Assembly: GCF_039536245.1 (NCBI RefSeq)
Contig: NZ_BAAAYN010000057.1
Location: 37,457-69,456, forward strand
Reading direction: 5' to 3'
DNA from: Cryptosporangium minutisporangium
Lineage (GTDB): Bacteria > Actinomycetota > Actinomycetes > Mycobacteriales > Cryptosporangiaceae
Length of the DNA stretch: 32,000 nt
Under the pieces are notes generated by a model. It worked only from the letters and a program-made list of their open reading frames with translations, was not told the origin of the DNA and searched no databases. This document shows, in pieces, positions 1 to 8,146 of the stretch. Every line of letters begins with the position of its first letter. The first letter of the stretch is position 1. The translations under genes and the position numbers were made by a program.

Positions 1-145
1 GGTCGGCGGCGTGCTCGTCGACCGGCCGGGTGGCGTCACCGCCGCCCTCCTCCTCGCCGCGGTGACCGCGGTAGCCGCGTGGGCGATCGTCGCGTGGCCC
101 GGCACTGGATTGCAGGCGAACAAGCTTTCGGAGGTGTCGTCATGA
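1..145 (+). CDS. 3' end of an upstream membrane-protein gene (partial, runs off the window start)
   Basis: Stop-free frame from nt 2 with G/C at almost every third codon position. Hydrophobic tail (...GVTAALLLAAVTAVAAWAIVAW...). TGA at 143-145 overlaps the ATG at 142 (ATGA coupling). Absent from the ORF track because it has no start in the window. Confidence 0.4.
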   Translation, partial: VGGVLVDRPGGVTAALLLAAVTAVAAWAIVAWPGTGLQANKLSEVSS

Positions 146-1407
146 GTGATCTCTCCTCGACCGGCGACCGGAGAGGCTTCAACGCAGGCTTCAGCCGGTA
201 CGCCGACGTCTGGCGGCTGCCCGGCGGTCGCACGCTGCTGATCGGCAGCGTCCTCGGGCGGCTCCCGATCGGGATGGCGCCGCTGCTGCTGGTCCTACTG
301 GTCGAGGGTTCGACCGGGTCGTACACGGACGCCGGCATCGCGAGCGCCGCTTACGCGGTGGCGAACGCGATCGTCGGGCCGGTGCTCGGTCGTCTCGCCG
401 ACCGGTTCCACCCCGTCCCGGTGCTGCTGGGTACCGCGATCGCGTGGCCGATCGCCGCGGGCGGCGTACTGGCCGCGACCACTGCGGACGCGCCGGCCCC
501 GGTGCTGTGGGCGACGTCCGCGCTGCTCGGTGCCTGCCTCCCGCCGCTTACCGCAACCGTGCGGAGCGTCTGGACGGAGCTGACGACCGGCCCGACGAGC
601 GGGCTGCGGGAGTCCGCGCTGGCGCTGGAGACCACCGCGTTCGAGCTGGTGTTCGTGCTCGGGCCGATGGTCGTCGGTGCGCTGGCCGTGGTGACCGAGC
701 CGACCGTCTCCCTCGTCGTGGCGGCGGTGCTGGCACTCGGCGGAACACTGGCAGTGGCGGCCGGGCGGGCGACGCGCGGATGGCGGCCCGACCCGGGACG
801 CCCCGCCGCGCGAGGGCTCGGACCCGCGGTCGCACTCGGAATGCCGCTGCTGCTCGCCGTCTCCTCGGGGCTGGCGTTCGCGTTCGGCGTCGTCGGGGTC
901 GCGATCCCGGCGTTCGCCGCGGAGCGGTCCGGTGGGGACGCCGACGGGCTGGCCGGGCTGCTGCTCGGTCTCTGGGGAGTCGGCAGCGTGACTGGTGGGC
1001 TCTGGTACGGAACGCGGCAGTTCCGCCGATCGCTGCCGACGCAGTGGGCGGTGGCGCTCGGTGCGGTCGCGGCCGGGCTGGCCACGCTGGCGCTGGTGCC
1101 GTCCGCCGGGGTGATGGCGGTCGCGCTGCTGGTCGGCGGCCTGACCTTGGCGCCCGCGCTGACGGTGGAAAACGCGCTGGTGTCGCGGATCGCTCCGGCC
1201 GGAATGGTGAACGAGGCTTACACCTGGGTCGCCACCGTCGTGTTCGCCGCCTCGGCGGCGGGGGCTGCGGTGGCTGGGGTGCTCGTCGAGCAGGAGTCGG
1301 GGGTGGCGCTCGCGTTCACGCTCGCGGCACTGACCACCGGAGCCGGGGCGGTCGCCGCCGCCTTGCCCCGCAGCGCTCTGCGCCGGGTGACCACGCGCAC
1401 GGCCTGA
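142..1407 (+). CDS. MFS transporter (about 12 TM)
   Basis: ORF 79..1407. Preferred start is ATG 142, with GGAGG at 130-134 and an ATGA overlap with the upstream stop. The product is hydrophobic throughout, with MFS-like loops (GRLADRF). Confidence 0.85.
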   Translation: MSDLSSTGDRRGFNAGFSRYADVWRLPGGRTLLIGSVLGRLPIGMAPLLLVLLVEGSTGSYTDAGIASAAYAVANAIVGPVLGRLADRFHPVPVLLGTAIAWPIAAGGVLAATTADAPAPVLWATSALLGACLPPLTATVRSVWTELTTGPTSGLRESALALETTAFELVFVLGPMVVGALAVVTEPTVSLVVAAVLALGGTLAVAAGRATRGWRPDPGRPAARGLGPAVALGMPLLLAVSSGLAFAFGVVGVAIPAFAAERSGGDADGLAGLLLGLWGVGSVTGGLWYGTRQFRRSLPTQWAVALGAVAAGLATLALVPSAGVMAVALLVGGLTLAPALTVENALVSRIAPAGMVNEAYTWVATVVFAASAAGAAVAGVLVEQESGVALAFTLAALTTGAGAVAAALPRSALRRVTTRTA

Positions 1408-1455
1408 TCGCCCGCGGCGCCACGCCTGAGTGCCGAGCGTCGCCGTGGTGCGCGT

Positions 1456-1568
1456 CCTGGTTGTCGCCGTTTCCGGGTGCCCGCCGAGATGGTTGGCGTG
1501 GATTCCGTGCCATGGTCCGGGATTCACGCCAACACTGCACGCGCAGCCCGGAAAACGCGACAACCAGG
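1456..1568. other. 113-nt extended imperfect hairpin / long inverted repeat in an intergenic region
   Basis: Outer arms 1456-1477 and 1547-1568 pair at 20 of 22 positions. Inner arms 1492-1507 and 1518-1533 pair at 16 positions (2 G-U). An internal loop separates the two stems, and the apex lies around CCATGG (1510-1515). Confidence 0.6.
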
Positions 1569-1674
1569 CCCGATCGACCCGGCAAACGACATCCATCAGC
1601 GCGCCACCCGGCCACTACCTCTGCCGAGCAGTTACGGCCCGCAACTGCGGAAATGAGGAGCGTAAGGATGGATT

Positions 1675-1713
1675 GTGAGACCTGCTTCGGTTAACCCCGG
1701 GGCAGGTCTTCAC
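1675..1713. other. Hairpin/palindrome just upstream of the SMP-30 gene
   Basis: AGACCTGC (1678-1685) pairs with GCAGGTCT (1702-1709) and extends to GTG/CAC with one bulged T. The loop contains the palindromes GGTTAACC and CCCCGGGG. Confidence 0.35.
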
Positions 1714-1749
1714 ACTGAGGGGGTACAACCCCGTCGACCGGAGGTGGAC

Positions 1750-2604
1750 GTGCGAGCTGACCAGGTGACCGATGCGTGCGCGGAACACGGCGAAGGACCG
1801 GTCTGGGACACCGGGAACGGCGTGCTCCGCTTCGTCGACATGCTGGTGGGCGCGGTCCTCACGTTCGACCCGGTGACCGGCGAACTGACCAAGCGCGTCG
1901 TCGCCGACGTCGCCGCCGCCCTGCGTCCGCGCCGGGCCGGCGGGTGGGTGCTCGCCACCCAGCGCGGCTTCGCTTTGCTGGGCCGGGACGGTCTCGACGC
2001 GCCGGACGCCGAGCCGACCTGGATCGAGGCGTTCACCGACAAGTCCATCCGGATGAACGACGGTGGCTGCGACGCACAGGGCCGGTTCTACTGCGGGACG
2101 ATGGCCTACAGCCAGGAGCCGGGTCGCGGCACGCTCTACCGGCTCGATCCCGACCGCTCCGTGCACGAGGTGCTGACCGACCTCACGGTTTCCAACGGCC
2201 TGAGTTGGACGCAGGACGGCGCCCGGGCGTACTTCGTCGACTCGCCGACCAAGCGGGTCGACGTCTTCGACGCCGACCCGGCGACCGGGACGCTGCACAA
2301 CCGGCGTCCGTTCGCCCGCATCGACGACGGCACGCCGGACGGCCTCACGATCGACGCGGACGGCGGCGTCTGGGTGGCGCTCTACGGTGCCGGCACCGTC
2401 CACCGCTACGACCCGCACGGCACGCTCGACCTCGTCGTCGAGGTGCCGGTGAGCCAGCCGACGTCCTGTGCGTTCGTCGATCGTGACCTCTACATCACGA
2501 CGACCAGGGAGAATCTTCCGGAGGGCGCCGAGCCGCAGGCCGGTGCGCTGTTCCACGTCCGGCCCGGCGTCCGAGGCCTGACGCCGTTCGGGTTTGGCGG
2601 TTAG
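1750..2604 (+). CDS. SMP-30/gluconolactonase/LRE family protein (regucalcin-like beta-propeller)
   Basis: ORF 1675..2604. Family-typical N-terminus after GTG 1750 (RADQVTDACAEHGEGPVWD), then NDGGCDAQGRFYCGTM, SNGLSWTQDG and PDGLTIDADGGVWVA. GGAGG at 1740-1744. Confidence 0.85.
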   Translation: MRADQVTDACAEHGEGPVWDTGNGVLRFVDMLVGAVLTFDPVTGELTKRVVADVAAALRPRRAGGWVLATQRGFALLGRDGLDAPDAEPTWIEAFTDKSIRMNDGGCDAQGRFYCGTMAYSQEPGRGTLYRLDPDRSVHEVLTDLTVSNGLSWTQDGARAYFVDSPTKRVDVFDADPATGTLHNRRPFARIDDGTPDGLTIDADGGVWVALYGAGTVHRYDPHGTLDLVVEVPVSQPTSCAFVDRDLYITTTRENLPEGAEPQAGALFHVRPGVRGLTPFGFGG

Positions 2605-2807
2605 GTTTCGAGGGTAGTTACTGAAGTTTCAGTGTTGTCCCGAGGTGCCAGGCGGGGTGCCCGAGTAACTGGGACAGCCGCCTCTGTTGGTCGGGTCGGC
2701 CGGACGGCCAGGGTAAGGAGCATCCAAGTCGCCGATGGCGACGGTCGGCGAGGACGCCGGTCGGCCATCGCGCGGCCATTCGGTTCTCCCCCTGAAGGGA
2801 TACCGCG

Positions 2808-3812
2808 ATGCTCCCGCAGGTCGTCCGCACAGAGTTCCTCCCCCTGGTGGAAACACAGCTGACGCACCAGGACGCCCTAATGGGACGCCCGAACGTGGTC
2901 GGGGTGGGCCTCGGCCACAAGTACAGCGGCGGTATCAACACCGGGGAGCGGGCGATCACGGTCCTCGTCCACCGCAAGATCGACGCCCGGTATCTCGCAC
3001 CGAAGGCGATGGTGCCGACCGAGCTCGAGGGCGTTCCGACCGACGTGCAGGAGGTCGGGCTGATCCGGGCCGGCGGTGGCCCGCCGCCCTGGGCCGACCG
3101 GGGCGCCACCGCGTCGCTGGGTGTCGGCCCGTTCCAGCTCGGACAGCGGGTGCGGCCGGCGTTCGCCGGGGTCAGCGTCGGGCACTACCGAGGCAACGCG
3201 GGCACGCTCGGCACCGGGTGCTTCGACGTGCTCCCGCAGGCCGCCGATCCCGGCCGGTACTACATCCTGAGCACCAACTACGCCCTGGCCGACTGCAACG
3301 CCGGCCGGACGGGGGACCCGATATTGCAGCCGGCCCTGGTCGACGGTGGCCGATACCCAGCCGACGTGATCGGCGGGCTGGTGCGCTTCGTGCCGATCCA
3401 GTTCCACGACGGTGCCCGCAAACCGGTCAACCTCGTGGACGCGGCGATCGCCGAGGCGGTGCACGACGCCGACAGTCGGGTCTATTGGGCCGGCGAGGTG
3501 AAGACGCTCAACGCAGCACCGAACATCAACGACACCGTCCAGAAGTGGGGGCGCACGACCACCTTCACGACCGGACACGTACTGAACATCAACGCGACCG
3601 TCGACGTGCACTACGACGGTGATCGGATCGCCCGGTTCGGCCAGCAGATCGTGACGACCGGCATGTCCGCCGGCGGAGACTCCGGCAGCCTCGTCACCGA
3701 CCCCGACGAGGGCGCCGTGGGCCTGCTGTTCGCCGGCTCCGGCCGGGTCAGCGTCCTCAACAACATCGCCGCCGTCCAATCGCTGCTGGGTGTCCGTGTC
3801 ACCGAGGACTAG
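2808..3812 (+). CDS. Chymotrypsin-fold (S1-like) serine-protease homologue without a signal peptide; His57-equivalent position is Tyr
   Basis: Pattern AGTLGTGCFDV...YYILSTNYALAD (where TNxHV is expected), VDAAIAE (Asp) and GDSGS (Ser). GAAGGGA lies 7 nt before ATG 2808. Confidence 0.8.
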   Translation: MLPQVVRTEFLPLVETQLTHQDALMGRPNVVGVGLGHKYSGGINTGERAITVLVHRKIDARYLAPKAMVPTELEGVPTDVQEVGLIRAGGGPPPWADRGATASLGVGPFQLGQRVRPAFAGVSVGHYRGNAGTLGTGCFDVLPQAADPGRYYILSTNYALADCNAGRTGDPILQPALVDGGRYPADVIGGLVRFVPIQFHDGARKPVNLVDAAIAEAVHDADSRVYWAGEVKTLNAAPNINDTVQKWGRTTTFTTGHVLNINATVDVHYDGDRIARFGQQIVTTGMSAGGDSGSLVTDPDEGAVGLLFAGSGRVSVLNNIAAVQSLLGVRVTED

Positions 3813-3892
3813 GCCACACCGGCGGCGTCGAACGACGACGTCCGGTAACGGGGGGTCGACCTCGCACTCGTGATCCGACGTGCCGCACGCAC

Positions 3893-3927
3893 GAGGAGAC
3901 GTCCCGCGACCCGCGGGACGCCTCCTC
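3893..3927 (+). terminator. Strong GC hairpin 80 nt downstream of the protease-like gene (possible U-tract-less terminator)
   Basis: 16-bp stem with one mismatch: GAGGAGACGTCCCGCG / CGCGGGACGCCTCCTC, loop ACC. No T-tract follows. Confidence 0.4.
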
Positions 3928-4357
3928 GCGCGGGAGCAGCCGGCGCGGGCCATCCGCCCGAACCGGACGCGTCCCGAGGCCGCACGCGAACCGATGCGGC
4001 ACGACGGCCGTGTGGAGTAGCCCGCGCTCCTGCGAGCGAGGGCGCCGAGAGGAGCTGGGGGCTGGTGAGGACATCGGACGCTGCTGCTGCTGTCCTCCGG
4101 GTGGGAGCCGGGATCCGAGGGGGATTCCGGCCCCCACTCGCGCCCCGCGGCAGCCCTGTCTTCGCCTCGCGCACCCCGCAACTGACGGGATGTCGTCATC
4201 GGACACGACGGGCGAGCGCGGCTGCGGTACAACCAGCCCGACAGGGTCGCCGGGTCGCGCACCCGCGCTCCGACGTCCTGCCGGATCCGAAGCTCATTCC
4301 TTCCGTGGAACACGCCCGACGGGACGTTCGCCCCGTCCACAGCGCAGAGGACTTACC

Positions 4358-4849
4358 GTGACCATCTCGGGCTCTGAAGTCACCACCACGTCGGAGACGG
4401 TGTTCGTCATCGACGTCAACGACCGGTTCGCGCACCTGTTCACCAGCGTCAAAGACCTGCTCGGCACGCATGAGGCCACCCACGCGGACCCCCCGCGAGG
4501 GCTCGACTTCTTCGACCAGGACGGCCACCGGCTCGCGCCGGCGTTCGACGACAAATGGCAGCTGACCGGCCTCGTCAAGACCAACGAGAAGCCGGACCCG
4601 GCGGCCGTGCAGGCGCGCCTCGCAACAGTGTTCGCGTTCCTCGCCCGGTACACCGCTGAGCACCCGACGCAGATCGCCGACGACTTCGGTCTGAGCGTCG
4701 ACGAGGCGCTCGGCGAGTTGCCGCAGCTGGACGGCAGGACGCTGGCCGAGAGCATCGCCGCGCTCAGCGCCGTGACCCACGCGGCACCGGAGCCGGGCAC
4801 GCAGGAAGACTCCGGGAGCTGGTTCCACAACTTGATGCACAACATCTGA
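4358..4849 (+). CDS. Hypothetical protein (163 aa), first gene of the kinase-astacin cluster
   Basis: C-terminal part of ORF 4010..4849. Third-position G/C becomes high only from GTG 4358 (GAGG at 4347-4350). The upstream part of that ORF is Arg/Cys-rich with poor GC3. No recognisable motifs. Confidence 0.6.
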   Translation: MTISGSEVTTTSETVFVIDVNDRFAHLFTSVKDLLGTHEATHADPPRGLDFFDQDGHRLAPAFDDKWQLTGLVKTNEKPDPAAVQARLATVFAFLARYTAEHPTQIADDFGLSVDEALGELPQLDGRTLAESIAALSAVTHAAPEPGTQEDSGSWFHNLMHNI

Positions 4850-4873
4850 CGCTCGACGACGAACGGTATCCGG

Positions 4874-7800
4874 ATGCGCATACCTTCTCTGCCCGGACTT
4901 TCGCCCCGCGGTGTCGCGGGGGCGCTGGTCGTCGTCCTGGTCGCGACGGCCGTCCTCATCGGACAGGTCGCGGCCACCGACGTCCCGGACGCAGGCCCGG
5001 TGGGGATCAGCATCGCGGTCGCCCTCAGCTGCACCGCGATGGGTGTGCTCATCCTTCTCGCCGTACCGCGGCACCTGGTCGGCCGGCTGCTGCTGGCAGC
5101 CGGCGCCAGCGCCACCGTCGGCACGCTCGCGGTGAGCTGGACCAGGTGGGAGCCGGTCGCCTGGCTCAGCCAGTGGACCTGGTGGCCGGCGTATGGGCTG
5201 CTTTTCCTCGCCCTCCTGGTCTTCCCCGACGGTCGATTACCCGGTCGTCGCTGGCGCGCGCTGGCAATCGTGCTCGTCGCGGTGACGATGCTCGGCGCAG
5301 TCGCGCTCGCCATCGGTGCGTTGGACGAACCGCGGACGCTTCTCAGCCAGGTCGGCGACAAGACTCCCTTCGCGCGCTTGCTCCTCCGGATCTTCGCGGT
5401 CGCGCTGTTGTTCACGGTTCTCGGGGCGATCGGCGTCCTGGCTGCACTGTGGTTCCGCTGGCGTCGCGCTGACGGGGAGACCCGGCAACAGCTCGCTTGC
5501 CTGCTTCCGGCGGTCGCCCTATTCCTGCTGGGCTGGTTCGCGGACTTTTTCAACCTGTCGGGCGGCTACGTGATCGCGACGGTCGCGGTCCCGCTGGGGA
5601 TGACCGTCGCCATCGTCCGGTACCGGCTCTACGACCTCGACCGGGTGCTCAATCGCACGCTCGTCTGGCTGGTCATGACGTTGCTGGTCGTCGTCGGCTT
5701 CGTCGCGATCGTCACCGTGCTCCGCGAGATCGTCATGCGGAACACGTCGGCCGACTCGATCTCGCTGGTCACCACCGGCCTGATCGCGATCGCGTACGCG
5801 CCGCTGCACCGCCGCGTCCAGCAGGGCGTCAACCACCTGCTCTACGGCGATCGGCACGATCCTTACAAGGTCATCGCCGGCCTCGGCGACGTGCTCGGCC
5901 AGACTGCCGAGCCGAATGCCGTGTTGCCGCTGCTCACCGGCACGATCGCCAGCTCGCTCCAGGTGCCGTACGTCGCCGTGGAGGTCGAGGAGCAGCGCGG
6001 CGCCCGCCTGCTCGCCTGGTACGGCCGGGTCGGACCCACCGTCCAGGCGTTCGACATGATCTCCCGGGGCGAGCACATCGGACGGCTACTCGTCTCGCCG
6101 CGGACCGACGGCGGGCACTTCACCCCGCGGGAGACCCGGCTGCTGGCCGACATCGCGTTGCACGCCGGGGTCGCCGTGGAGGCCAGCCGCCTCACCCGTG
6201 ACTTGCAGCTGTCGCGGGAGCGGTTGGTGCGCGCGCAGGAGGAGGAGCGTCGGCGACTGCGACGCGACCTCCACGACGGGCTGGGGCCGAGCCTCACCGG
6301 CATGTCGATGCAGGTGCGGGCCGCGCGGAAGTTGGCGGGTCCGGGGCGGGTCCGCGACATTCTGGACGCGCTCGCCGGTGACCTGGCCGCGTGTACGGCG
6401 GAGGTTCGGCAGCTCGTCGACGAGTTGCGTCCACCGGCGTTGGACCGCGGTTTGGCGGTGGCGCTGCGGGACGAGTGCCGCCGCTTCGACAGTGCGGCAC
6501 TCTCCGTCCAGCTGGATCTGGACGACGACCTCGACCGGTTGCCTGCCGCCGTCGAGGTGGCCGCGTACCGGGTCGTCGCGGAAGCGCTGAACAACGTCGC
6601 GCGGCACGCCAGCGCGCGGGCCTGCGTGGTCAGCGTGCGTCGCGGGCGTGATCTGACGATCGAGGTCAGCGACGACGGGGTGGGGATCAGCGGGCCGGTG
6701 CGGTCCGGGGTCGGGTTGGCCTCGATGCGGGACCGTGCCGGTGAGCTGGGTGGCGACTGCGAGATCCTGCCGGCGCAGCCGCACGGCACCACGGTGCGCG
6801 TCCACTTCCCGGCCGGGTCGCTGATGCTGGTGCGGCCGCCGTCGACGTCGGTCATCGAGCCGCCCGCCCTGGCGAACGGCAACGCCCCCCACGTTGCCGC
6901 AGCCCTCTCCCCGGCGCCGACCGCCCCCGCTGCGCCCGGCGGGTCGGCGCCGCCGCCGGGACCGGCCGCGAGCGGCGCGACCACGACGGTCGCCGACGTC
7001 ACGGCGGCGCCGGCGCTCACCACGAACACAACAGACACGCCGGCCGCCACCGACGGCTCCGCCACCGACGGCTCCGCCACCGACGGCTCCGCCACCGACG
7101 GCTCCGCGGCGGACGGTGCTGTCCCCGACGGTCCTGCCGAGGACGGCTCGGCGGACAGCCTGGCGAGCACGCGCGTGCAGCTCTGGGCCAGCGGTCTCGT
7201 TCCCTACGAGATCGCGCCCGGAATCGGCCCCGACGAGCACGTCGCCGACGCGATCGCCCACCTGGAGAGCCGCACCCACATCCGGTTCGTCCCGCGAACC
7301 ACCGAGAACGCCGTCGAACATCCGAACTACGTCCGCTTCGTGCTCGGCGACTCGTTCGCGTCCCAGGTCGGCTGCGTCGGCGGTGAGCAGCAGATCGAGC
7401 TGCTGGCCGGCGCGGAGATGGGACGCGTCCTGCACGAGATCGTCCACACGCTCGGCCGCTGGCACGAGCACTGCCGGGCCGACCGCGACCAGTACGTCAC
7501 CATCCAGTGGCCGAACATCGCACCGGAATCCCGGCCGAACTTCCTGATCCAAGCCACCGACCCGGATGACGGCCCGTACGACTACGAGTCGATCATGCAT
7601 TACCCCCGGATCGCCTTCTCGATCAACGGCGAGCGGACGCTGGAGACGCTCCGGCCGTTGCCCGCCGTGCCTCCGGGCCTCCCGGTGGGCCAGCGGCGCC
7701 GCCTCTCCGACGGCGACTGCCGGGTGATCGAGCGGATGTACCGCACCGCGCCCTCGGTGCCGTCGCCGGCGGTGGAGCGGCGCCTCACACAGCCGGTCGA

Positions 7801-8146
7801 CGCCGGCATGGTCACCGGAACCTTGCAGCTGCCGGCCGACGGGCCGTCCGGACGCGCGGCCACCGTCACGGTCATCATTCGCGACACGACGACAACGGGG
7901 GGTCCGATGCGAAGCGTGGGCGAGGCGGTGCTGGTGGACGTCCCGCTCGCGCCCGGCGGGAGCGTTCCGTTCCGGGTGCCGGTGGCGGAGGTCGATCCGG
8001 CGGCGATCTACACCGTCGAGGCGCATGTGGACGTTCAAGGTGACGGCGCGATCGCGACCGGAGACCTGGTCACCGCCCGGGCGTGCGCGGTGCTGACCGG
8101 CGGCGCGCCGACCGAGCTCGCCGTTCCGATGACGAGCGTGGTGTGA
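4874..8146 (+). CDS. Multi-pass sensor histidine kinase (HisKA_3 + HATPase_c) fused to an astacin-family (M12A) zinc metalloprotease domain and a C-terminal YbaY/YscW-like domain
   Basis: Single 1090-codon frame. H-box RRDLHDGLGPSL (His codon 6272-6274). N-box AEALNNVARHA and DDGVGI. Pro/Ala/Thr/Asp linker. HEIVHTLGRWHEHCRADRD (7433-7489). Met-turn SIMHY (7589-7603). YbaY-like tail from about 7811. Confidence 0.85.
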   Translation: MRIPSLPGLSPRGVAGALVVVLVATAVLIGQVAATDVPDAGPVGISIAVALSCTAMGVLILLAVPRHLVGRLLLAAGASATVGTLAVSWTRWEPVAWLSQWTWWPAYGLLFLALLVFPDGRLPGRRWRALAIVLVAVTMLGAVALAIGALDEPRTLLSQVGDKTPFARLLLRIFAVALLFTVLGAIGVLAALWFRWRRADGETRQQLACLLPAVALFLLGWFADFFNLSGGYVIATVAVPLGMTVAIVRYRLYDLDRVLNRTLVWLVMTLLVVVGFVAIVTVLREIVMRNTSADSISLVTTGLIAIAYAPLHRRVQQGVNHLLYGDRHDPYKVIAGLGDVLGQTAEPNAVLPLLTGTIASSLQVPYVAVEVEEQRGARLLAWYGRVGPTVQAFDMISRGEHIGRLLVSPRTDGGHFTPRETRLLADIALHAGVAVEASRLTRDLQLSRERLVRAQEEERRRLRRDLHDGLGPSLTGMSMQVRAARKLAGPGRVRDILDALAGDLAACTAEVRQLVDELRPPALDRGLAVALRDECRRFDSAALSVQLDLDDDLDRLPAAVEVAAYRVVAEALNNVARHASARACVVSVRRGRDLTIEVSDDGVGISGPVRSGVGLASMRDRAGELGGDCEILPAQPHGTTVRVHFPAGSLMLVRPPSTSVIEPPALANGNAPHVAAALSPAPTAPAAPGGSAPPPGPAASGATTTVADVTAAPALTTNTTDTPAATDGSATDGSATDGSATDGSAADGAVPDGPAEDGSADSLASTRVQLWASGLVPYEIAPGIGPDEHVADAIAHLESRTHIRFVPRTTENAVEHPNYVRFVLGDSFASQVGCVGGEQQIELLAGAEMGRVLHEIVHTLGRWHEHCRADRDQYVTIQWPNIAPESRPNFLIQATDPDDGPYDYESIMHYPRIAFSINGERTLETLRPLPAVPPGLPVGQRRRLSDGDCRVIERMYRTAPSVPSPAVERRLTQPVDAGMVTGTLQLPADGPSGRAATVTVIIRDTTTTGGPMRSVGEAVLVDVPLAPGGSVPFRVPVAEVDPAAIYTVEAHVDVQGDGAIATGDLVTARACAVLTGGAPTELAVPMTSVV
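7046..7150 (+). repeat. In-frame 15-bp tandem repeat (4 perfect + 3 degenerate copies) encoding (ATDGS)n in the kinase-protease linker
   Basis: GCCACCGACGGCTCC occurs at 7046, 7061, 7076 and 7091 (identical copies). Degenerate copies start at 7106, 7121 and 7136. Confidence 0.9.

Noticed and set aside
295-1596. 433-aa minus ORF and 416-aa plus ORF (444..1694) over the MFS gene; likewise 12225..13541 (-) over the NTase remnant and marR
   Set aside because: These are highly charged, Arg-rich translations. The alternative frames give a coherent 12-TM transporter and a MarR winged helix.
2877-4340. 487-aa minus-strand ORF covering the protease-like gene and the 545-nt gap
   Set aside because: Arg/Pro/Gly-rich with no motifs, and antisense to the GDSGS-containing frame.
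4010-4357. N-terminal extension of the 163-aa hypothetical (ORF 4010..4849, or ATG 4190) and the overlapping ORF 3870..4361
   Set aside because: Third-position G/C is only about 60% by my count from ATG 4190, against >90% in real genes here. The translations are Arg/Cys/Pro-rich. Coding-like signal begins at GTG 4358, which has a GAGG upstream.
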